Assembly (NCBI RefSeq): GCF_006345805.1
Contig: NC_042999.1
Location: 81,840,001-81,904,000 of the forward strand
Source: Octopus sinensis
Taxonomy: Eukaryota
Direction of reading: 5' to 3'
Length of the DNA stretch: 64,000 nucleotides
Positions 52,151-64,000 of this stretch are shown piece after piece; position 1 is the stretch's first letter, and every line of letters begins with the position of its first letter. The translations under genes were made by a program, and so were the position numbers. The notes below the pieces were generated by a model. The model was not told the DNA's origin and made no database searches. It saw only the letters and a list, made by a program, of their open reading frames with translations.

Positions 52151-52882
52151 CGTTACTTTTACAAATCGCTTCTTTTGATTTACTGATTAATTCCTCATTT
52201 AATCTATTTGGTTCTTTAGCAAAACTTAGCGATTCTACGTTAATCCTTCAATGCAGACAGTTACACCGTGTATTGTTGAATATTGCTAGTTAATGGCGCT
52301 TAATTAAAATGCTAGATCATCACATACACACACACATGCATGTAAGTATATATTTGTGCATGTTTGTATGTGATTGTGTGTACGCACGTGTATATGTTGT
52401 GTGTGTGTGCGTGTGTGTGTCTTTGTGTGTGTGTGTGTGTGTGTATTAATATTAAATTAATGTGTGACCTTCATCATATACTGAGAACGTAGTGTAAATA
52501 TAGTTTCTAGTGAGAATTTTCTAGCGTTCTCAATCATTCACATACTGAAATCGTTTTTGTGGTTGACGAGTTCACTGATGCAAATGAAACAGATTGTTTT
52601 ATTTTTATTATATAATAAAATCATCTTACAATTTTTACCGAAAATCCGCGAGGTAAGATGATCATTCATTTCTAAATTATTCGGTTACCTGCACAACGAA
52701 AGTGATGTAACACATAAGAAACCATATGCTTAACGAGCTATAGAATGATTATCTACGATTTGAATCTATTCGCTAAAAATAGAAGTCAGACAAAATTCGG
52801 AGCAAGCCATACACATAGGAAGAATAGATAAGATAATGTATATATATACACATAGGAAGAATAGATACGGTAATGTATATAT

Positions 52883-53292
52883 ACTCTTTTTACTCTTTTA
52901 CTTGTTTCAGTCATTTGACAGCGGCCATGCTGGAGCACCGCCTTTAATCGAGCAAATCGACCCCGGGACTTATTCTTTTGTAAGCCCAGTACTTATTCTA
53001 TCGGTCTCTTTTGCCGAACCGCTAAGTAACCAGGATATAAACACACCAGCATCGGTTGTCAAGCAATGCTAGGGGGACAAACACAGACACACAAACACGC
53101 ACACACACACATATATATATACATATATACGACGGGCTTCTTTCAGTTTCCGTCTACCAATCCACTGACAAGGCTTTGGTCGGCCCGAGGCTATAGTAGA
53201 AGACACTTGCCCAAGGTGCCACGCAGTGGGACTGAACCCGGAACCATGTGATTGGTAAACAAGCCACTTACCACACAGCCACTACTGCGCCT
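52883..53292 (-). mobile_element. Full-length CORE-type SINE
   Basis: Reverse complement of the 6072 and 30151 copies. Confidence 0.92.
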
Positions 53293-53846
53293 TCTTCACA
53301 CTTCTTCAAGTGCAGGAAATTTAGAACTATAAAGCCTTTGATAATATCTTTCCTTAAACTTTTCCTAGTTAACAATATTCTTAAACATGAATACACTACG
53401 TTACAAACATTTTCAAATCGTAAACTAATATAACTACATGCAAAATAAACGTAATAATAAACAATACCTATTCATTACACTTATGAGTTCATACAAAGTT
53501 AAATAGTTATCTATAAGCCTCTGTGAATATACATGGATGTATTTGTATTTGTGGGCGAGCGTGTGCTCTTATATACCTGATGCATGTTAAGTGAAAGAAA
53601 TTTATGCCATCATATAGACCTCACAGCGAAATAAATTTGGGAACGTTGACAAATTGTTTTTCTTTTCTCATCTGTATTATACTTTTCAGCAGGAATTAAT
53701 TGAATTGAATTGAAACACTGCTTTACCCAGAGAGTATCGGTGAATGGACAAAAATATTTCGATTATTGTTCTTGGTAATATTATTATTAATATCATTGTT
53801 CTTGTAATATATGTGTGTGTGTACGTGTGCATATTTCTCCCATTCA

Positions 53847-53912
<66 letters not shown>

Positions 53913-54029
53913 ATGTATGTATATATATAATATATATATACACACACACATATATATATATATAATATATATATACACACACACACTTTCCTAAGTTACC
54001 TATTTATATATCTGTTCAATTTATAATAT

Positions 54030-54104
<75 letters not shown>

Positions 54105-54249
54105 ATGCAAAACTACATGTGTATAATGATAATAATAATCCTTTATACTATAGGCATTAGGACTGGATAATGTGGAGAGAACAGTACTCATGAGCAGAGG
54201 CACACGTACACATATGAGCACATGTATATACAATCATCTATCTATCTAA

Positions 54250-54286
<37 letters not shown>

Positions 54287-54306
54287 GATCAATCGAGCCA
54301 GTTATT

Positions 54307-54354
<48 letters not shown>

Positions 54355-54599
54355 GAGACCGTGTTTGTGTGTGTGTTTGTCTGTGTAGATACTCATATAT
54401 GTATGTAAGCATGTTATACGTGTCGCATGTATGAAATTAATCATTTTTTTTCTCATTATTAATGTCGAAATATTGTTCATAGCTTTGCTTCTCTTTTCTA
54501 TTTTAATACACACACACAAACACAAACACACTCAGATAGGTAGATAGATAGATAGATAGATAGATGCATATACATATAGATATTGTTACTTATATGTAT

Positions 54600-54638
<39 letters not shown>

Positions 54639-55178
54639 TCATTCATATTTAGATGTATATACACACACATGCATACATATATACACATACACATAGTTGT
54701 GTGTGTGTGTGTGTGTATGTGTGCATGTGTTACGTATATGATTTCCAATAATCAACGTGGTTTTTCTCCAAAGCGAATGCGTATTTAGGCGTGTAAGTGG
54801 ATGCATATCTACGTGTGGGCACATATGAAATATTATTTTTTTTTTGTTTTCTTCTTAGCAATCATTGATATTTCGATAGAATGAATCGGTGGGGAAAAGA
54901 AAAGACAAAATCTGTATTGAAAATATTTGATGAAAATTTGTTTGGTCACGCGTAACACGATCACTAAATTAGATTCCAAGCGCTACTGACGCAGTAATTG
55001 TAAAACCACGTATATTCGTCCACACATAGGTTAGAAATACCACGTGTACATGCGTATTCTTGCAGAAAACTATATGTAGCTATCAACGTTTTCATGTGTA
55101 TGTATGTGTAAATATGCTTATATATGTACGTATTTATACACACACACGTATATAATCATATCCCTAGCATATGTGTGC

Positions 55179-55227
<49 letters not shown>

Positions 55228-56089
55228 TGTGTGTGTGTGTGTGCGCGTAGTATTCATGTATATTTCTGTAGTTTATATATATGTGTATGTATTATTAAGA
55301 ATATACTATATATATACATGCTATATATGTATGTATATGCATGTATATATATGTATGTAATCTACGTGAATTGCTACGCCTATCATATGACATATGACAT
55401 CAACCAACGGGAAATAAATAATACGAAGATTTTGGAATTGGTAGAAAATAATGAACACTTATAGAATTATAGAATTATAGAATGCCGTGGTGATATTTAG
55501 CTTTTGTTGCCTTATTTTCATTTCACATTTACAATATTTATTCTGATTCTGATGTTATTGTCGTTGTTTTTCTTTTCAGTGTTAAGTATGAAGAAAACCC
55601 AGAAGTCCATAATTCGAAAAGATCTATATATTTTCAGCCATCCATAAACAACGTTTCTACAGATTTGCACAATTGAAAATGAGAATTCAATATCTTAACA
55701 ATTGACAATATTAGATGGCAAAGATGATTTGATGGTGAATTCCCGATGAATGTTTCGTATATTTTCAATGCACTTCGGCCACGTTGCAATCATTTAAACA
55801 TCAATTCTTCAGTGTACCCATATGATAAATGAATATAAAACATGTTGCACGTATCATCGTTAAACAGAAGGTCACTGCTTGTGAGGGGATGAGATCCTTC
55901 TGTGTGGGTTTAATGGACCCCCAGTGGCACTACCAGTGACACCACAATCACCAGTACTAACAACAGCAACAACAGCAGCATTAAGAGTAATACGAAATAG
56001 GTGACGAAGGCAGATGATGATGACGATGAAGAAGGAGGATGATGAGTATAAGAAGGAGGGGAGAAGGGGTTGAAGAAGAGCAAGAAGAA

Positions 56090-56120
56090 GAAAGAAAGAA
56101 AGAAAGAAGGAAGGAAAGAA

Positions 56121-56180
<60 letters not shown>

Positions 56181-56200
56181 AGGCGAGAAATAAAGAAAGA
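56090..56200. repeat. (AAAG)n microsatellite
   Basis: Directly visible. Confidence 0.95.
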
Positions 56201-56559
56201 AAGGTGTGGCTCTAAAATAGGTGGGTTAATTGTCTAGTTCCATCTTTCTCGGCGCTTTGAAATTTTATATGCATCCCAGAACAAACCGTTTTGAATTCAG
56301 AAAGTAAAGTTCTGAAACAACATAAAGCAATTTTAGTCAATGATTTAATACTTTGGTAAGCCATAGAAGAACGTTGCTGAGAATACAGATTAGTATCGCT
56401 GCAAAAAGAGCACGCTTTCTTCTCAACATATAAAGCACCTTAGCTAAATAGTCAGAATATATACGCGGGAGAAAATTTTGCTTAGCATATTGCTCGATGC
56501 ACTAACAATTCTTTAATTATAATAATAGGAGATTTTATAACCAAATAGTAAAGAATGAA

Positions 56560-57585
56560 GTACTGAAGATAAGAAACCTAATGCAGAGGAAGTTAGAAAG
56601 TTTTGGAGTAATATTTGGGATAAACCAGTCAACCATAATAGAGGTGCAGTATGGTTAAAGAAAGTGAAGGAAAAAGTAGTGAGTGAGAGCAGCCAGATCT
56701 TAGATTAGACAGTGCATTAATGAGTAACGTGCTACGGAAAATGCCGAATTGCAGATATAGTTCAAGAGTACTGGCTAAAGAAATTCAGTAGTTTACAAGG
56801 GAGGCTGAGGGAACAATTTCAGGATTGCCTTAATGGTGCAATAATACCAGATTGGATAACTAGTGGGAGGACAATAACCATTATGAAGGATAAGCTCAAG
56901 GGTAATACAACGAGCAACTATAGACCAAGAACTTGCTTACCATTAGTGTGGAAGCTGTTAACGGGAATGGTTTGAGAAAGCATTTGCAAGCACCTTGATA
57001 ACCAGAATTTACTACCAGAAGAGCATTGGGTTGTAGGAAGAAAGCTAGACGGACGCACGATCTATTATATATAGATAAATCAGTTCTAAAGGAAGTAAAA
57101 GCTAGAAAGAAAAATCTAACAATAGCATGGATTGATTATTGGAAAGCTCGTGGCTGAGTGAATGTTTGAGCATATTCAGTATAGCGGACAACATAAGAGA
57201 ATGAATTAGCTTTAGCACGAAACAATGGAAAGTAGATCTCTACTGAGGTGACATGATCTTAGGGAAAGTTAATATCAAAATAAGAATTTTCCAGAGGGTC
57301 TCGTTGTCCCCGTTAATATTTGTCTTCTGTTTCATCGCCCTCAATTTAGTATTAGGTTAGGCGAAGGCAGGGTGTCAGTTCAAAAATAGTAATGGGAAAA
57401 TTAACCATGTACTCTACATGGATGACTGGAGCTTTGTAGGAAGAATGAAAAAGAGACAGATTCCTTGATACAGACAAGGACTCTTCAGCAAGTATATAGG
57501 CATGGAATTTGGCATAGATAAGTGTGAAAAATTAGTCCTGAGAAGGGGACAGGTAGTCAACAGCAACGGCATCCAATTACTAGAC
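56560..57585 (+). mobile_element. Decayed R4/Dong-clade LINE, RT region
   Basis: PNAEEVRKFWSNIWDK; NYRPRTCLPLVWKLLTG; LYIDKSVLKEVK..NLTIAWIDYWKA; IFQRVSLSPL; MEFGIDKCEKLVLRRG. Confidence 0.85.
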
Positions 57586-57589
57586 GTTT

Positions 57590-57910
57590 ATTATTTTTGG
57601 CCTGAACTTAGATCCCTCCTGATAATTTTTACTGTCCCTAAGAGACAAACTTTCTGTAGGAGCTCTACCGGGCATTCTATTCCTATCTCCTTCAGTCATT
57701 TGTCTATATCATTTCTCACTGTTCCCAACACATCAAATATCAAAACACAAACTTTACAGCTTTCTTACGCCATTTTCTTCATATTTCAGATTTTAAGTGA
57801 TTGTATTTTTTCTTGTTTATCGTCATCTTTCTTTACGACTCTGGAATCAAACGGGCGTGATAGGTCGATCAGTAAGCGACTTCGCTTTTACTTATCTATA
57901 TTTGTTATGG
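57590..57910 (-). mobile_element. Short 3' fragment of an R4/Dong-clade LINE
   Basis: Minus strand: PFDSRVVKKDDDK...VLGTVRNDIDK*LKEIGIECPVELLQKVCLLGTVKIIRRDLS. Confidence 0.75.
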
Positions 57911-57987
57911 CCGATTATTATTATCATAATAATTATTATTATAAATATTATTATTATTATAGTTTTATTATTATTATTATTGTTATA

Positions 57988-58059
<72 letters not shown>

Positions 58060-58062
<3 letters not shown>

Positions 58063-60306
58063 TAGTTTTATTTTTAAAGCATGCTTTCACTTCACTACCC
58101 AGCGCAGCTCTGTGTGCCTTGGGTATGTGCTGTGATTTGTTGTGATGCTCTGATGGTTATTGTATACAAAGTGTTCTGCGTTGGATGTGTGCAGTGCCTA
58201 GCAGTGCAATTTTCTGTATGTTATATGTGTTTGTAAGTCCTGGTGTTTTTGTTATGTATTCGTCTGAATATTTTTTTTATTATGCCGAATGCACCAACTA
58301 TGATAGGGATTGTTTCTGTTTTTAGATTCCACATTCTGGTTACCTCTATTTCCCAGTCTTTGTATTTTGAAAGTTTCTCCATTTCTTTTAGAGACACGTT
58401 GTCATCTGCCGGTATTGATACATCAATTAGAAAGCATTTTTTTCTTCATGATCTCTGACAACTATATCTGGTATGTTGGCCTTAACATATATATCTGTGT
58501 GTATTGGCATATCCCAGACTATGGTTGCTTTCTCGTTTTCTGTGACCTTTTTCTGGGGTGCCTATACCATCCTTTTTCTGTTGTTATTCCATAATGTTGG
58601 CATAGATTCCAGTGTATGTAGGTTCCAACTCTCTCATGTCTGTGAATATATTCCTTCTTAGCCAGGACTGGGCAGCCAAAGATAATATGATTTATTGTTT
58701 CTTGTCCATCTCCACATATTCTGCAGTTACTTGTTATATTTCTTTTCATTACATGTTTTTGGTAATTTCTGGTGGGGAGGCTTTGGTCTTGTGCTGCAAT
58801 TAAAAATTCCTGTGTCTCTGCTTTGAGTCCTGAGCTTCTCAACCATTGCTGGGATTTTTCTTTGTCTATTTCTTTTGCATTTAATTTAGTCTAGTATTTA
58901 GCATGAAGGGGCTTTTCGTGCCATCTTTTTATCATGGTTCGTTGCTGTTCTAGTTTTAGTTTGGATTTCATTTGTTTTATAGATTTTGTTGTTTCTTCAT
59001 CATCTTCTTTCTTTTCATATTTGTTTGGTGGTATGATTTCTTGTTTGTATTTGTCAGCTTCCTTAAACACTGAGAACAGTTTTTGGTTTTCCTCGTGTTT
59101 TGGCGCTATTTGTATCAGTTTTCCTTCCTTCTGAAGTAGATATTTTTTCAGTCCTATGGTGGTTATTTTATAGTAGTTTTCCAGCTCTATAAGGCCTCTA
59201 CCACCTTCTATATTTTGTATATATAGTATTTCTATGTCAGATTTTTTGTGATGCATCCTAGATCCTCTCATTAGTTTTCTTGTTTTCCTATCTATTTTGG
59301 TCAGTTCATTTAGTGTCCAGTTAAGGATATTGTAGCTGTAACTTATAACTAGGACGGCTAAAGTGTTAATACCTATTATCTTGTTTTTAGCATTGAGCTC
59401 CTTTTTTAGTATTGATCTAACTCGTCTATAATATTCTTTTTTTATTTTCTCTTTCATTTGTGTGTGTCGTGTCTTATCTAGTTCATGGATTCCTAAGTAT
59501 TTGTAAGTTTGGCTTTGGTCTAATTCTTTTATTTCATTGGTTTTATCTAGTGTGATGTTGCTACTCTTAACTTGTTTTCCTCTTTTCAGGGATACCTTGG
59601 CGCATTTTTCTAATCCAAATTTCATATCTATTTCTTTGGTAAATCAATGAACTCTTTTAGTAATGTTTCCAGCTGTTTGTCATTTGTAGCGTATAGTTTT
59701 AGGTCATCCTTACATAAAAGGTGACTGATTGCTTTGCCGTAACATTTATATCCGCATCCAGTTCTATTTAGCATATCAGTTACAAGTGACAGTGCCAAGA
59801 AGAAAACGAGTGGAGAGAGCGTGTCTCCCTGGAATATTCCTCTTCTAATGGGGATGGCTTTGGTTTTTATGAGTCCCTCTTTTGTTTGGAGTTGTAGCAC
59901 TATTTGCTATTTATTCATAGAGTGTCCTATGTATTTTATAATTGTTGGTGCTACTTTGTTAATGGCTAGTGTTTCGAGGATCCATGTGTGGGGGATGCTA
60001 TCAAACTTCCTTTCTGTTGTCGATCCAGGCCATACTGAGGCCTTTCTTCTTTTTGTTACTGTCTTCAGTTATGACTTTATTGATCATTAGTTGATCTTTA
60101 CAGCCATATGAGCTTTTGCAGTATCCTTTCTGCTCTTCTGGAAACAGGTTGTTTTCGTCCAGATGCTTGTTTAATCTTTGTGATATTACTGTAGTAAATG
60201 CTTTGAGGATTGTAGGGAGACAGGTTATAAGTCTGTAGTTTTCTGGTTTTCCTGTCTCGTTGGATTTGGGAATTAAGATGGTTTTCCCCTTCGTGAGCCA
60301 ATCATT
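58060..60306 (-). mobile_element. 5'-truncated R4/Dong-clade LINE (RT, CCHC finger, restriction-like endonuclease) embedded in (TAA)n/(AAC)n
   Basis: DWLTKGKTILIPK, PEEQKG, AWID, RGIFQGDTLSPL, CKDDLKLY, KFGLEKCA, YKYLG, CRICGDGQETINHIIFGC, FLIDVSIPADDNV..KYKD. Followed by a long (TAA)n on the minus strand, the known Dong target repeat. Confidence 0.92.
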
Positions 60307-61678
60307 GTTGTTGTTGTTGTTGCTGGTGGTGGTGGTGTTGTTGCTGTTACTATTATCAATAAATAACGATATGATTACCATTAAATCTGACAATATGTGT
60401 GCTGACGCTTGCCTGCATAATATGATATAACCACCGCCCAACATATTTTATTACACGGAAGTAAATCTATATATAAATTAAAGCGGCATAGTTGTGTATG
60501 TACCTGTATGTATGTATGTATTTATGTATATGTATATACACATGTACATATATGTATATATATACATATGCGTACATGTTTCTATATGTATATATATATA
60601 TATAATATTTATATATAACTATATAGATGGATAGAGAGAGAGGGCGTGAGCTAGAGTAACAGACAAAAGATTTACCTATCAAGAACATTGTATGACTTAA
60701 GATATTCATACAATACACAGAAACACAAAAACATGGGTATACATGTAGGCATTATATATATATATTATATATATATCTATATGATATATATATATATATA
60801 TATAGAAAGAAGTTTGTTTGGTAAAGCACGTGGGTGAATATATAATAAGAAAATAGTAAAGTGTGAAAAAACGACAGAAGGCTAAATGTTAAACATATAT
60901 ATATTTGTGTCAAAATGTCTGGAGAATATTGTAAAAATTTTTTTTCGTTTCCTTAAAATGACATAATTTTAAAATTTTTTAAAGAAATTACCGGTTTCGC
61001 GTTGTAGCTTTTCAAATTTCTTGTGACGTTATGTTTATATTGCATGGAGGGATCGTTGTTTATTTCCAGGAGATTTCTAAATAGGGGAGGTAGTGAGTGA
61101 TTTCTTCCGGTGTAAGGGAGATAATCGCTTAAAAATTTTTTTTTCCCTTTTCCTTGTTAATTTCTCTGTGTCAGTATGTTCGGATGGTTGAGTCTGGGTT
61201 TGTACTTTTCAATGAAGAATGTTTCCTTGTTCAGTCTCATATATATACATACATATACATATACTGCTGAATTTACATGTTATATGTGTACATCTCTCTC
61301 TCTCTCTCCCTTCCTTCCTTCCCCCCTCTCTCTCTCTCTCCCTCCCTTCCTTCCCCCTCTCTCTCTCTATGTATATATATATATACATGTACAGATGCGC
61401 GTAAATGATGATGTTTCTATCATGCCTCATTTTACCAACAAATGGTGTTATAAATGTGATGCAAATTTTCTATCTTGGATATCAGGGAAAAGCGACACAA
61501 TAATTTTTTATATTAATTGGGACTATACTGTTTATTGTATATGATATTGTTTTGTTTCATTTATACATATTACGTATTTTTCGTAATAAAAGAGGAGAAA
61601 TCTTGTAAATTTGAACACTTTTAATAAGCAGCTATTACTGTCGCCAGACTGATATGCCTGCGTATATGAACGTATCTG

Positions 61679-61723
<45 letters not shown>

Positions 61724-61724
61724 A

Positions 61725-61765
<41 letters not shown>

Positions 61766-61789
61766 ATCATATATATGTATGTATGTATA

Positions 61790-61828
<39 letters not shown>

Positions 61829-63563
61829 TATCTATGCATATACACACACAGTTATATACATATATGCATACATACATATGTCTGTATGTGCTTGTGTGTG
61901 CGCCTGTGCACGTATATGGGATGATCTTTCTGCGTATGTGAAGATATGTGTATATGTTTGTGTGTCTGTGTGTACAGGTATAAATATTGTGTAGAACTAA
62001 AATTCATTTGAAAAATTACACGGCAGGAAGTGTTAACGCGACAAATTATAGATAATGAAATATATATGTGTTTCTCCTAGACAGGAGTCAAGTCTTAAAA
62101 TTCGATGTTCGATAGCAAAACACCATCGATAAAATTGACAGTTATAATAGAAATAATTTTTCACACTAACATAATTATATATATTCAATACCACATTTCA
62201 ATTTCAGGACTTAATTTTATGCATATTCACTTTTTATATTGCCTTTTTTTATAGTAGGAGTTTTTGTATGAATTTTATTACTTGAGATATATTTCAATTT
62301 ATTAGATATTTCTATTTTCTTTAAATATTCTTTAAAAGTTCAGCATTAAAATAACATGGTTTCAGTTAAGTATATGTGTGTGTGTGTGTGTGTATGTCTA
62401 AATGTAAATGCGTCTTATGTGTGCGTTTTGATTAATAATATTTCTGTGGATCAATATTAATAATTCATAATTTAATGTCCATAAAGATAACTTATCACAG
62501 TTCCCAGTCACAAATTCATATCAGTATGTATATACAGAAACATACGCATACACACACACTCATACTTGCACATATATTTGAATGGCTGTATAGGTATGTG
62601 TGTATTTGTGCATGAGAGCGATTCCGCATTAATAAACACAATTTAGTTTGGTCGTTGTATGTATGACTAACATTGAAAAAGAGGAAACTATGCCTTAAAA
62701 CTAAATGAATATTTATTTATAAATAGAAAAGAATGGATTTTCATTTGCGTGGAACAATTGAGATGGTAAAAGTTGTAAAACAATAACAAAAGAATCAAAA
62801 ACAACTACACACATGAATCTATGTGAACTTAATCGTTACGATGATAAAAAAAACATACATATAAAACTAGTGTATGAAGAAATATTCTTAAGTACTCAAC
62901 AATAAAATAATATATTATATAAGACGCAGGTTACTTCGATAATATAAGTGGGATTGAAAGTTACCTGTTGGGCTTGATTTTATGTTACTAGTTTTTTTAT
63001 ATATTTTGTCAGAAACAATAAAAAAATCATATAATCATATTTCAGAAAAATCACAAAAACTAATAATTTTACGATAAGATGTCTAAAAAACATTAATATT
63101 TATGTTTTTTTCTTTTTTTCATTTTCAACAGAGTAATTTTCGAAAAGATATGAGATTTCTGAAAATCGAAGTCCCCATGCACCGTTCCAGTATCCAATAA
63201 CTTTCAGTTTAAAATAGATATGAAATCCAATGGAAGTTACGAAGTTCGAAAGATTGAGTTTTCTGAAAGAAGGAGAAAAAAGTCCTTACGGGTCTACAAT
63301 TCTTTGATAATGCATTGGTAATTTTATTGCGTTCTTTGTTTTGCTACTTTCGTAAGTTTTTTTATAAGTTCTAACTTCATCCATTAAATATGGGGCTTGG
63401 TGCAAAATTAAGAACACTGGTTATCCAACTTCACGTTTGGAAGACTATATACAAGAATTATATCATTTGAATCCTCCTTCGTATTGACCTATTAAAATAC
63501 ATTCCGATTGGGATATCTTGATACCATACGTACATCAGTACTCTATATCCCCCTCCCTCCTCA

Positions 63564-63637
<74 letters not shown>

Positions 63638-63645
63638 TATATATA

Positions 63646-63780
63646 GGTGCAGGCGTGGTTGTGCGATAAAAAGATTGCTTCACAATCTTATGGTTCGGGT
63701 TCAGACCTACGGAATGGCACCTTGGGCCAACAAAAATCTTATGATTGGATTTGGTAGAGAGAAACTGAAATATCACGTCG
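63646..63780 (+). mobile_element. Internally deleted 5' half of the CORE-type SINE
   Basis: AGGTGCAGGCGTGGTTGTG..GGTTCGGGTTCAG..GGCACCTTGGGC..GGATTTGGTAGA..AAACTGAAA. Another copy begins on the minus strand at ~63975. Confidence 0.75.
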
Positions 63781-63815
63781 TATAAGTGTATACATATTCA
63801 TATATATACATATTC

Positions 63816-63846
<31 letters not shown>

Positions 63847-63874
63847 ATAATATATATATTATATATATATATAT

Positions 63875-63924
<50 letters not shown>

Positions 63925-64000
63925 TTGTCTGCAGACACCAAACACACACACACGCCTATATATATATATATACGCCAGGCTTCTTTCAGTTTCCGCCTAC

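Noticed and set aside
60840-63330. AT-rich segments reminiscent of non-autonomous DNA or Helitron elements
   Set aside because: No TIRs, diagnostic termini or second copy could be verified within the window.

Overview
Eukaryotic, AT-rich, repeat-dominated genomic DNA. I infer an octopus/cephalopod origin from the SINE families, which I recognise from memory, and from the very high microsatellite load; this is not a database match. There are no CRISPR arrays, rRNA genes or genuine tRNA genes, and no host gene that I can name. Almost every ORF in the supplied track is a microsatellite artefact. What can be supported: (1) a full-length ~4.6 kb CR1-group LINE (39191-43765, minus). Its 408-aa ORF1 is intact (Myb/SANT-like N-terminus plus two CCCH fingers), and its APE-RT ORF2 is broken only by four 1-bp indels in homopolymer runs. 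(2) Decayed RTE, CR1, Tx1/L1, R4/Dong and Penelope-like (PLE) retroelements, one mariner end, and several tRNA-derived SINE families. (3) Three separate fold-back (inverted-repeat) structures in (TA)n-embedded elements. Two of them contain type I hammerhead ribozyme cores with the same unusual U-U pair at the base of stem II: two complete copies in a 562-bp tandem unit at 37-38 kb, and a truncated core at the centre of a perfect 54-bp-arm palindrome at 44 kb. (4) An X-box/NRF1/ETS promoter-like motif cluster near 1.2-1.3 kb and several exon-like segments that may belong to an unidentified plus-strand gene (low confidence). The best candidate for an undescribed system is the hammerhead-bearing, non-coding, retrozyme-like or non-autonomous PLE unit. 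Coordinates of decayed elements are approximate (tens of bp). All family assignments come from manual translation and motif recognition.
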